Positions 19,296 to 27,218 of a stretch of 64,000 nt of DNA are shown here, one piece after another. The DNA comes from Candidatus Kapaibacterium sp. (GTDB lineage Bacteria; Bacteroidota; Ignavibacteria; Kapaibacteriales; UBA2268). A model generated the notes under the pieces. The model worked only from the letters and a program-made list of their open reading frames with translations, was not told the DNA's origin and did no database searches. The DNA is taken from the NCBI GenBank assembly GCA_013414795.1, contig CP058732.1, positions 2,331,737-2,395,736 on the forward strand, written 5' to 3'. The translations under genes and the position numbers were made by a program. The number at the start of each line of letters is the position of its first letter. Within the stretch, counting starts at the first letter, position 1.

Positions 19296-20384
19296 ATGAA
19301 ACAAACTGTATTCAACCCAATTCATAAACAATTGGGTGCTAAAATGGTGGAATTCGCTGGCTTCGAAATGCCAATTCAATATCCGAAGGGAATCATCTAC
19401 GAACATCTCGCTGTACGAAAAAGCGTGGGTGTTTTCGATGTTACCCATATGGGCGAATTTGAAATTGTTGGTCCCGATGCATTAAACTTTGTGCAAAAAG
19501 TTACAACCAACGACGCAAGCAAACTTTTCCCAGGGAAAGTGCAATACTCTGCAATGTGTTATCATCACGGTGGAATTGTCGACGACCTTCTGGTTTACAA
19601 ACTTGATGAGAATAAATTTATGTTCGTTGTCAATGCTGCAAACATTGACAAAGATTATAATTGGTGCTTGGAAAACGCAAAAGATTTCAATGTAGAAGTA
19701 AAAAATATCAGCGATGAAATCAACTTACTTGCTGTGCAAGGTCCAAACTCATTGAAAACATTGCAAAAACTCACCGATGTTGACCTTGAAGAGATGAAAT
19801 ACTACACATTTACCAAGGGAAAACTTGCCGACATTGAAATGATAATATCCAGAACTGGCTACACTGGCGAACTTGGTTTCGAATTGTACTTCCGAGGCGA
19901 TTTTGATGTTGCAAAACAATTATGGGACGCAATTTTCGAGGCGGGCAAAGAATTCAACATCGAGCCCGTGGGTCTTGGCTGTCGAGACACTTTAAGGCTC
20001 GAAAAAGGATATTGTCTCTACGGAAACGATATAGACGAAACCACAAATCCCATTGAAGCGGGACTGGGTTGGATAACGAAATTGGAGAAAGGCAGTTTCA
20101 ATGGCTCCGATGTAATTGCAAAGGTAAAAGAGGAAGGACCAAAGAGAAAACTGGTTGGCTTTGTGGGTGAAACCGAGAAATTCATTCCAAGACACAATTA
20201 CAAGATATTCGCAAACGGAAAGGAAATCGGATTTGTAACAAGTGGAAACATTTCTCCAGTTTTGAATAAACCAATCGGTATGGGCTATGTTGCAACGGAG
20301 TATTCCAATCCAGACACAATAATTGAAATTGAATCACGCGGGAAATTGTTCCCGGCAAAAGTAGTCAAAATTCCATTTGTATAG
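19296..20384 (+). CDS. gcvT: glycine cleavage system T protein (aminomethyltransferase)
   Basis: [29 protein letters not shown]...[11 protein letters not shown] and a C-terminal barrel domain. A GGAAGG RBS precedes the ATG at 19296. Confidence 0.85.
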   Translation: MKQTVFNPIHKQLGAKMVEFAGFEMPIQYPKGIIYEHLAVRKSVGVFDVTHMGEFEIVGPDALNFVQKVTTNDASKLFPGKVQYSAMCYHHGGIVDDLLVYKLDENKFMFVVNAANIDKDYNWCLENAKDFNVEVKNISDEINLLAVQGPNSLKTLQKLTDVDLEEMKYYTFTKGKLADIEMIISRTGYTGELGFELYFRGDFDVAKQLWDAIFEAGKEFNIEPVGLGCRDTLRLEKGYCLYGNDIDETTNPIEAGLGWITKLEKGSFNGSDVIAKVKEEGPKRKLVGFVGETEKFIPRHNYKIFANGKEIGFVTSGNISPVLNKPIGMGYVATEYSNPDTIIEIESRGKLFPAKVVKIPFV

Positions 20385-20494
20385 TAAAAATGCCAAAATC
20401 ATAACTTTACTAAAAGAAAATTCGAAAGGCTCTTTGTAAATCTTTTTGAGCTTAATTTATGATAATTAAATTCAGCAAAAAAACTCAATAGATA

Positions 20495-20524
20495 AATCGG
20501 GTTCCCAGCGTTGGGAACCCGATT
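20495..20524. terminator. perfect 13-bp hairpin between convergent gcvT and carboxylase operon
   Basis: aatcgggttccca gcg ttgggaacccgatt. No strong U run on either side. Probable bidirectional terminator or RNA-processing site. Confidence 0.5.
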
Positions 20525-20557
20525 GTAAAAAAGGAATTGTAAGTCTTCGTCAAATCG

Positions 20558-20896
20558 TTAATCAATCAAATCAAATTCAATTAAAACTTGGTCCTTTGCA
20601 ACAACTTCACCGGGTTTAACCAGAATTGATTTGATTTTGGCATTCACAGGCGAGAACACATCGTTTTTCATCTTCATCGCTTCCAAAACGAGCAATGGCT
20701 GTCCTTTCTTGACTTCATCCCCGGGATTTACATAAATTTTTTGGATTACACCAGGAATAAAAGCACGAAGTTTGGTCAAATCGGTCGGCTGATATTTCCG
20801 CCGTCGATGGTATTTTGTTGTTAGCTTTGTTAAATATTTTGAATCTTCAAGAACGAATTCAACTAAATCTTTTTTCTCTTCCATATTTATCTCCAT
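20558..20896 (-). CDS. small biotinyl-domain protein (biotin carboxyl carrier/gamma-subunit-like)
   Basis: C-terminal biotinylation motif LEAMKMKN in a biotinyl or lipoyl-attachment domain, about 108-112 aa long. The start ATG overlaps the carboxyltransferase stop (TAATG). Confidence 0.75.
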   Translation of the reverse strand: MEINMEEKKDLVEFVLEDSKYLTKLTTKYHRRRKYQPTDLTKLRAFIPGVIQKIYVNPGDEVKKGQPLLVLEAMKMKNDVFSPVNAKIKSILVKPGEVVAKDQVLIEFDLID

Positions 20897-22434
20897 TAGA
20901 ATGGCGGAATACCGTGTTTCTTTTTCAAATTTACTTCTTCTTTATTTCGAGAGATAAACAAAGAATGCAAAACATACTTTCGCGTTTCGTCTGGCTCGAT
21001 TACAGCATCTATATAACCATTCGAAGCAGCAACGAACGGGTTTGCAAATTTCTCGATATATTCTTGGACTTTCTGACGGCGGGTTTCTTCGGGATTGGGT
21101 GAGTTCGCAATTTCATTTTTAAAAATAATATTTGCGGCGCCCTCGGGTCCCATAACTGCAATTTCTGCCATTGGCCAAGCAAAGACGAAATCCGCACCCA
21201 GATGGCGAGAGCACATTGCAATGTAACCACCACCGTATGCTTTGCGCATAATAACCGTTATCTTCGGTACTGTTGCCTCGCTGTAAGCATAAAGAATTTT
21301 CGCACCGTGACGAATCACCCCGGCGTGCTCTTGGTCGACACCGGGAAGATAGCCGGGTATATCCACAAGTGTCAGCAAAGGAATGTTGAAAGCATCGCAA
21401 AAACGAATGAATCGAGCGGCTTTGTCGGAGGAATCCACATCCAAAACACCGGCAAGAACAAGCGGTTGGTTGGCAACGATGCCTATGGTTTCCCCATTCA
21501 TCCTTGCAAAACCAATTACAACATTGGGAGCAAAATATTGCATAACTTCAAAAAAGTCTGAATCATCGACAATTGCTTTAATTACGTCTCTAACATCGTA
21601 GGGTTGTCTGGGGTCTTCGGGAATAATGTCAGAAATCTTGTAACTTACTTTTGGAGGCTTTGGCGGAAACGGGTCTGCCTTTTTGCGGTTGTTCCAAGGA
21701 ATGAAAGTAACCAACTTTTTCACCTGTTCGAAGCATTCTTCTTCGGTTTCTGCGAAGAAATGTGCATTGCCGGCTATTTCTGCTTGGACACGGGCTCCGC
21801 CGAGTTCTTCCATCGAAATCTCTTCGCCAAGCACTGTTTTAATAACCTCGGGTCCAGTAATAAACATTTTAGAAATCTTATCGACAACAAAAACGAAATC
21901 GGTCAATGCTGGCGAATAGACCGCACCGCCAGCACAAGGTCCAAGTATAATAGAAATTTGTGGAACCACGCCAGATGCCTTTGTGTTTCTGTAAAATATT
22001 TCACCATAACCAGCAAGGGAATTGACTCCTTCTTGAATTCGCGCACCACCGCTATCATTGATACCAATTATTGGGATACCCAATTTAATTGCGTGGTCCA
22101 TAATCTTCGTAATCTTCCTTGCGTGGGCAAGCCCCAAAGAACCGCCGGCAACGGAAAAATCTTGTGCATAAATACATATCGGATGTCCCATTATACTTGC
22201 CGTGCCAGTAATCACGCCATCACGCGGGAGAAACTTTTTGTCCAAACCCAAATCTGTCGAGGCTTGCTTAACAAACATATCCCACTCGTGGAACGAGCCG
22301 GGGTCAACTATTCGTTCAATCCGTTCTCGTGGGGTTAATTTCCCTTGTTTTTGCTGCTTCTCTTTTGCAATTTTTTCACTTTCTACCACTTGCGATTTCT
22401 TCTTAAAGAAAAAATCGAAGAATTTTCTAAGCAT
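20896..22434 (-). CDS. acyl-CoA carboxyltransferase subunit (propionyl-CoA carboxylase beta / methylmalonyl-CoA decarboxylase alpha family)
   Basis: 512 aa, carboxyltransferase N and C halves. Motifs: GGARIQEG, MGPCAGGAVYSPALTDF, AYGGGYIAM.... Confidence 0.85.
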   Translation of the reverse strand: MLRKFFDFFFKKKSQVVESEKIAKEKQQKQGKLTPRERIERIVDPGSFHEWDMFVKQASTDLGLDKKFLPRDGVITGTASIMGHPICIYAQDFSVAGGSLGLAHARKITKIMDHAIKLGIPIIGINDSGGARIQEGVNSLAGYGEIFYRNTKASGVVPQISIILGPCAGGAVYSPALTDFVFVVDKISKMFITGPEVIKTVLGEEISMEELGGARVQAEIAGNAHFFAETEEECFEQVKKLVTFIPWNNRKKADPFPPKPPKVSYKISDIIPEDPRQPYDVRDVIKAIVDDSDFFEVMQYFAPNVVIGFARMNGETIGIVANQPLVLAGVLDVDSSDKAARFIRFCDAFNIPLLTLVDIPGYLPGVDQEHAGVIRHGAKILYAYSEATVPKITVIMRKAYGGGYIAMCSRHLGADFVFAWPMAEIAVMGPEGAANIIFKNEIANSPNPEETRRQKVQEYIEKFANPFVAASNGYIDAVIEPDETRKYVLHSLFISRNKEEVNLKKKHGIPPF

Positions 22435-22438
22435 AATT

Positions 22439-22735
22439 TCACCTAACTATTTTGAAACTTTCAATATGTTGGACTAATGGGTCGAGAGGATAATTTTCAA
22501 CATCCTCGGGCAACAAAATTCTAATTGTCTTTCGCCCGAATGCTCCCTTTATAGTGTACTCTCCTTTAACAATAACCTTAAAATAAGGTATATCGAACTC
22601 TTCGAAAAGAAGCAATTTCCCAAGTTTGCCAAGATGCTCAACAAAATCTTTTGTTATGGGAGCACTCAGCAGGAAGTCAACCGTATTGCTACTTTCGTAG
22701 CAATCATCAACTTTTTTTTGTTTAACTACTTTCAT
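22439..22735 (-). CDS. hypothetical protein (98 aa)
   Basis: No recognisable motif. Overlaps the upstream class-V aminotransferase gene by 4 nt, so it is part of the same operon. Confidence 0.4.
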   Translation of the reverse strand: MKVVKQKKVDDCYESSNTVDFLLSAPITKDFVEHLGKLGKLLLFEEFDIPYFKVIVKGEYTIKGAFGRKTIRILLPEDVENYPLDPLVQHIESFKIVR

Positions 22736-23877
22736 TTCCTCTTAGGAATTAAGGTTATTTTCCTCACAGCATCAATAAACTTATAGATTTCTTCCTCTGT
22801 TGTAAAATAAGAATGGCTTGCGCGCACGGTTCCCCAAGGTTCCACACCAAGATATGGTAAAAGCAAAGGAGCACAATGTAATCCCGTTCGTACCCAAATA
22901 TCAAACGAAGCCTCCAATACATAGCCAACTTCTTCGGGGACCATTCCTTTCACATTAAAGCAGAAATTAGAATAAGATGTATGCTCGGTTGGACTATAGA
23001 TTTCAATATCTGGATTGTCTCCAAGTTCATCAAAAAGTATTTGATATAATTTCTTTTTGTGTTCAATTATCTTATCCAAACCAGTTTGAAGTAAAAACTG
23101 CACCCCAGCATAGAGCGAAATAATACCCGGGGTATTCGGCGTTCCCGCTTCATAATGAATTGGCATTCCTTCGGGCTGCAAGAGTAATTCGCTTAGGATA
23201 CCAGTCCCGCCAACCTTGAGTGGCTTTGGCTCTATTCCTTTTTTTATGTACAACCCGCCAATTCCTTGAATTCCAAACAAAGACTTATGCCCGGTAAAAG
23301 CAAGCAAGTCGATATCCCAATTCTTGCAATCGATTGGGATTGCCCCCGCAGACTGCGAAGCATCTACGATGAAATATGCACCCGCAGAATGTGCAATTTT
23401 TGAAATTTCGGCAATATTCAATACTGCACCAGTAACATTTGAACAATGGTTAACAACAACTGCACGGGTATCGTCTCGGATTGCTTCGGCTATTTGTTCT
23501 GGATAAACATATCCATTTCTGTCGCATTCTACAACTGTTACTGTAATCTTACCTTCTTTTTCCAGCGTTTTCAAAGGGCGAATGACAGAGTTGTGTTCAA
23601 TTGCAGTAATAACCACATTTCCACCTTCAAGAGGCAAACCTTTGATTGCCAAATTCAATGCTTCGGTGCTTCCCGAAGTAAAAACAATTTGAAGTGGGTC
23701 TTCGATATTGAACAAATCGGCAAGGCGAGTGCGACAAAGATAAACAATATCATCGTCTTCACGCTCCAAGCCTGTACGCGAAGCGTGGACGAGCGGACCA
23801 CTGAAAGATGCCATTACAGCATCTTGAACTTCCTTTGGTTTTGGAAAACTTGTTGCAGCATTATTTAAATAAATCAT
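22732..23877 (-). CDS. aminotransferase class V / cysteine desulfurase family protein
   Basis: IYLNNAATSFPKP start and PLP-lysine motif FTGHKSLFG, about 380 aa. Confidence 0.75.
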   Translation of the reverse strand: MIYLNNAATSFPKPKEVQDAVMASFSGPLVHASRTGLEREDDDIVYLCRTRLADLFNIEDPLQIVFTSGSTEALNLAIKGLPLEGGNVVITAIEHNSVIRPLKTLEKEGKITVTVVECDRNGYVYPEQIAEAIRDDTRAVVVNHCSNVTGAVLNIAEISKIAHSAGAYFIVDASQSAGAIPIDCKNWDIDLLAFTGHKSLFGIQGIGGLYIKKGIEPKPLKVGGTGILSELLLQPEGMPIHYEAGTPNTPGIISLYAGVQFLLQTGLDKIIEHKKKLYQILFDELGDNPDIEIYSPTEHTSYSNFCFNVKGMVPEEVGYVLEASFDIWVRTGLHCAPLLLPYLGVEPWGTVRASHSYFTTEEEIYKFIDAVRKITLIPKRK

Positions 23878-23888
23878 AATCTATTGTT

Positions 23889-24908
23889 TTAAAATTGACT
23901 TAATACTCTCACATCGTTTGCATAAAACGTACGAATATCATCAATTCCCGTCAACAGCATAGCAACTCGCTCAATTCCTAATCCGAAAGCATAACCGGTG
24001 TATTCTTCGGGGTCGATTCCTCCCGCTTTCAAAACATTTGGGTGGACCATTCCACAGCCGGCAATTTCGAGCCAGCCTGTATACTTACAAACTCTACAAC
24101 CTTTTCCCTGGCAAAGGAAACAAGTTATATCCAATTCGGCGCTGGGTTCCGTGAATGGGAAAAAGGATGGACGAAAGCGAAAACGCAGATTTTCGCCAAA
24201 CATCCGACGCGAAAACTCAATCATTGTACCTTTAAGTTCGGCAAAAGTAACCTTATGATTAATGTACAGGCCTTCGATTTGATGAAATTCAGCCAAAGAA
24301 CGGGCGGAAATTGCCTCGTTGCGATAAACCCGACCTGGCATAATATATCGAATTGGTGGTTTGGTTGCGTGCATTATTCTGATTTGTACTGGGGATGTAT
24401 GCGTCCTTAAAAGCAGATTTTTGTCCGATTTGATGAAGAAAGTGTCTTGCATATCCCGCGCTGGATGGTCGGGCGGGAAATTCAAAGCATCGAAATTGTG
24501 GTAGCCGTCTTCGATATCTGGACCTTCGGCAACTTTGAACCCTAAACTAACGAAGACCTCGACCATCCTATCCATAGTTTGATAAATTGGGTGTCGATGG
24601 CCAATGTAATCAATTCGCCCGGGCAAAGTCAAGTCAATCTTTGGAACTTTTGTCTCTCTTTCGGCAATACTTTCGGAAAGTTCTTTAAAACGAGTTTCGG
24701 CATAATTACGAAGTTCATTAAGGAATTTTCCAACGATTGGCTTCTCCTCTTTGGGCAAATCTCTCATTCGGTCGAACAACTGCTGAATCTTGCCCTTCTT
24801 TACCAGGAAAATATTTCGAAACTTTTCTAAATCTTCTTTGGTGTGAAGATTTTCGATAAAAATTCTGATTTCTTCTTCTACTTTCTTTATTTCGTCTATC
24901 ATATCCAC
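23889..24908 (-). CDS. pheS: phenylalanine--tRNA ligase alpha subunit
   Basis: Class II aaRS motifs (FPFTEPSAELDI, GLGIERVAMLL) and an N-terminal coiled-coil arm. Confidence 0.9.
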   Translation of the reverse strand: MDMIDEIKKVEEEIRIFIENLHTKEDLEKFRNIFLVKKGKIQQLFDRMRDLPKEEKPIVGKFLNELRNYAETRFKELSESIAERETKVPKIDLTLPGRIDYIGHRHPIYQTMDRMVEVFVSLGFKVAEGPDIEDGYHNFDALNFPPDHPARDMQDTFFIKSDKNLLLRTHTSPVQIRIMHATKPPIRYIMPGRVYRNEAISARSLAEFHQIEGLYINHKVTFAELKGTMIEFSRRMFGENLRFRFRPSFFPFTEPSAELDITCFLCQGKGCRVCKYTGWLEIAGCGMVHPNVLKAGGIDPEEYTGYAFGLGIERVAMLLTGIDDIRTFYANDVRVLSQF

Positions 24909-24910
24909 AC

Positions 24911-24960
24911 AATATTAAAAACAAAAATAAGCGAAAGGAATAAAATTCGCTTTCGCTTAT
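24911..24960 (-). terminator. rho-independent terminator/attenuator between rplT and pheS
   Basis: Long hairpin ataagcgaaag(gaat-aaa-attc)g ctttcgcttat at 24927-24960. On the minus strand it is followed by ttttgttttt. It ends about 17 nt before the pheS ATG. Confidence 0.6.
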
Positions 24961-24986
24961 TGTATTTTTCGTCTACAACCCATAGA

Positions 24987-25334
24987 TTAATTCATAACAT
25001 ACTGGACTAATTTTGCAAAGTATTCGGGTTTGTTCATTGCGAAATCGGCAAGAATCTTGCGATTGATTTCAATGTTCTTCTTCTTCATCGCACCAATAAA
25101 TTTCGAATATGTGGTTCCATTCAAACGGCAAGCAGCATTGATTCGAACAATCCAGAGTCGACGAAAGTGCCTCTTCTTCAGTCTTCGATCACGATATTGG
25201 TATTGAAGAGCCTTTTCAATGTGATGTTTTGCAATAGTCCAGACGTTTTTTCTGCGTCCCCAAAAACCTTTGGCAAGTTTTAGGAACTTTTTCCTTTTTT
25301 CTCTTGATGCTACTTTGTTTACCGACCTAGGCAT
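24987..25334 (-). CDS. rplT: 50S ribosomal protein L20
   Basis: [30 protein letters not shown]..., typical L20 sequence and size. Confidence 0.92.
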   Translation of the reverse strand: MPRSVNKVASREKRKKFLKLAKGFWGRRKNVWTIAKHHIEKALQYQYRDRRLKKRHFRRLWIVRINAACRLNGTTYSKFIGAMKKKNIEINRKILADFAMNKPEYFAKLVQYVMN

Positions 25335-25390
25335 AACCTCCTCCTTTTTTGTTAATGCTTAGGGGGAGCATCATCCCCTTTCGCAAAAAA

Positions 25391-25588
25391 TTAAGCAAGA
25401 CCTAACATTTTTTTAATTCTTGGAGCATCGCTTGGATGGACCAAGTCCTTTTTACGAAGATTTCTTTTTCGCTTTCGCTCTTTCTTTGTCAATATGTGGC
25501 TTCGATAAGCCTTCTCCCGCTTCAACTTTCCAGTTGCGGTAACTTTAAATCTTTTTTTTGCCGAGGACTTCGTTTTTAACTTTGGCAT
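25391..25588 (-). CDS. rpmI: 50S ribosomal protein L35
   Basis: [24 protein letters not shown]..., 65 aa basic protein. No infC precedes it in this window. Confidence 0.9.
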   Translation of the reverse strand: MPKLKTKSSAKKRFKVTATGKLKREKAYRSHILTKKERKRKRNLRKKDLVHPSDAPRIKKMLGLA

Positions 25589-25652
25589 TTTTGTCCCTTA
25601 TTAAAATAAAGAGTTACAAAATTAAGAAAAAAGTTTAAAACAAAAAAATAAT

Positions 25653-26465
25653 TTATCTAATTAACATTAGCAGACTAATAGCCATTACAACCATACCCCC
25701 AACAAGTCCATAAATCGCAATGTGATGTTCGCCGAACTTTTCAGCAGTTGGCAATAATTCGTCCAGCGAAATAAACACCATAATTCCAGCAACCCCAGCA
25801 AACATTATCCCAAACAAAAATGGATTGAGAAAATTTCGCAAAAGAATGTACCCGACGATTGCACCAACTGGTTCGGCAAAACCAGACAAGAATGAATAGA
25901 CAAAAGCCTTTTTCCTATTTTGTGTGGCATAATAAATTGGAACGGAAACAACAATGCCTTCGGGTATGTTATGTATTGCGATAGCGATTGCTATACTTAC
26001 ACCAAGAAAAGGGTCGCTCAATGTTGCAAAGAAAGTTGCAAGTCCTTCGGGAAAATTATGTATCGTTATTGCAAAAGCAGAAAGAACGCCAGTTCGCAAC
26101 AATTTTCGGCTTTGGTTTATGTAGTTAACATCTTGTCTATTGATGACACCTATTTCGTGAGGGTTTTCAAAAGAGGGAACGAATCTGTCGATTATAGCAA
26201 TGAGAGCAACACCACCAAAAAAAGACAGTATCGTAAACAAGTATCCATTGAAATCCCCAGCAAGTGAAACAAGCGAATCCTTTGCCTTTGGAAACATTTC
26301 CACCATCGAGACATAAATCATCACCCCCGCAGAAAACCCAAGCGAACCAGAAAGGTATTTTGGGCTAAAGTCTTTCGAAAGAAAAGCAAGTAAACTTCCA
26401 ATACCAGTAGAAATTCCAGCAATGAAAGTTAACGCAAAAGCCAAAAGAACATTATTCTCTGTCAT
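25653..26465 (-). CDS. zupT: ZIP-family zinc transporter
   Basis: About 8 TM helices with metal-binding motifs IHNFPEGLA and HNIPEG. Confidence 0.8.
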   Translation of the reverse strand: MTENNVLLAFALTFIAGISTGIGSLLAFLSKDFSPKYLSGSLGFSAGVMIYVSMVEMFPKAKDSLVSLAGDFNGYLFTILSFFGGVALIAIIDRFVPSFENPHEIGVINRQDVNYINQSRKLLRTGVLSAFAITIHNFPEGLATFFATLSDPFLGVSIAIAIAIHNIPEGIVVSVPIYYATQNRKKAFVYSFLSGFAEPVGAIVGYILLRNFLNPFLFGIMFAGVAGIMVFISLDELLPTAEKFGEHHIAIYGLVGGMVVMAISLLMLIR

Positions 26466-26572
26466 AATTAACCGATTTTTTAAGAATTTTAGACGAACAA
26501 CACGAAATTTAGTTAAAATAACGAAAAACTAAAATTAAACTTACGCAAAATCGTAAAGATTTTTTTCAATTT

Positions 26573-27175
26573 TTGATTATTATGATTGAATACGTAACTT
26601 GTTTTTGTGCTTCAAGCAACCGAGTGGATAAATATTATTTGGAATCCGCCTACAACCTTGGTTCCATTTTAGCAAGAAATAGCAAGACTGTTATCTATGG
26701 CGGAGGAAAAGTTGGGCTAATGGGTAGCCTTGCACAAGGAGTGCTCGACAACGGCGGAAAAATCATCGGTGTAATTCCTAAATTTATGCAAAAGTATGAA
26801 CTTGGACACAACGGCATTACCAAACTCATCGAGGTCAATACAATACACGAACGTGAAGAATTGATGATTAACAAAGCAGATTGCATTGTCGCACTTCCTG
26901 GTGGGACTGGCACCTTCGAGGAACTTCTTCAAGCGCTCACCTGGAAACGCTTGAAATTAATTCCTACACCTATAATCATTGGCAATTTAAAAAATTACTA
27001 CAATCCTTTGATTCAACAATTAAACAAAGCAGTCGACGAAAATTTTATGCGAAATGAACATCGGAAACTATGGGATGTTGCAAACACGGTGGAAGAAATT
27101 TATGATATCATTCGATACTACGACTCGCACAATGAACAAATCAAGTTATTTGATGTACAACCAAATGTAACTTAA
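26573..27175 (+). CDS. LOG-family protein (cytokinin riboside 5'-monophosphate phosphoribohydrolase-like, TIGR00730-type)
   Basis: VFCASS..., GGGKVGLMG and PGGTGTFEEL motifs. Confidence 0.75.
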   Translation: MIIMIEYVTCFCASSNRVDKYYLESAYNLGSILARNSKTVIYGGGKVGLMGSLAQGVLDNGGKIIGVIPKFMQKYELGHNGITKLIEVNTIHEREELMINKADCIVALPGGTGTFEELLQALTWKRLKLIPTPIIIGNLKNYYNPLIQQLNKAVDENFMRNEHRKLWDVANTVEEIYDIIRYYDSHNEQIKLFDVQPNVT

Positions 27176-27218
27176 TCCAACCTTTTTCGTTAAATTACTA
27201 TTTGATTTTTTCTCGATT

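Noticed and set aside
20558-22434. Methylmalonyl-CoA or oxaloacetate decarboxylase Na+ pump
   Set aside because: No membrane beta subunit (OadB/MmdB) is present in the operon, so I annotated carboxyltransferase plus biotinyl protein only.
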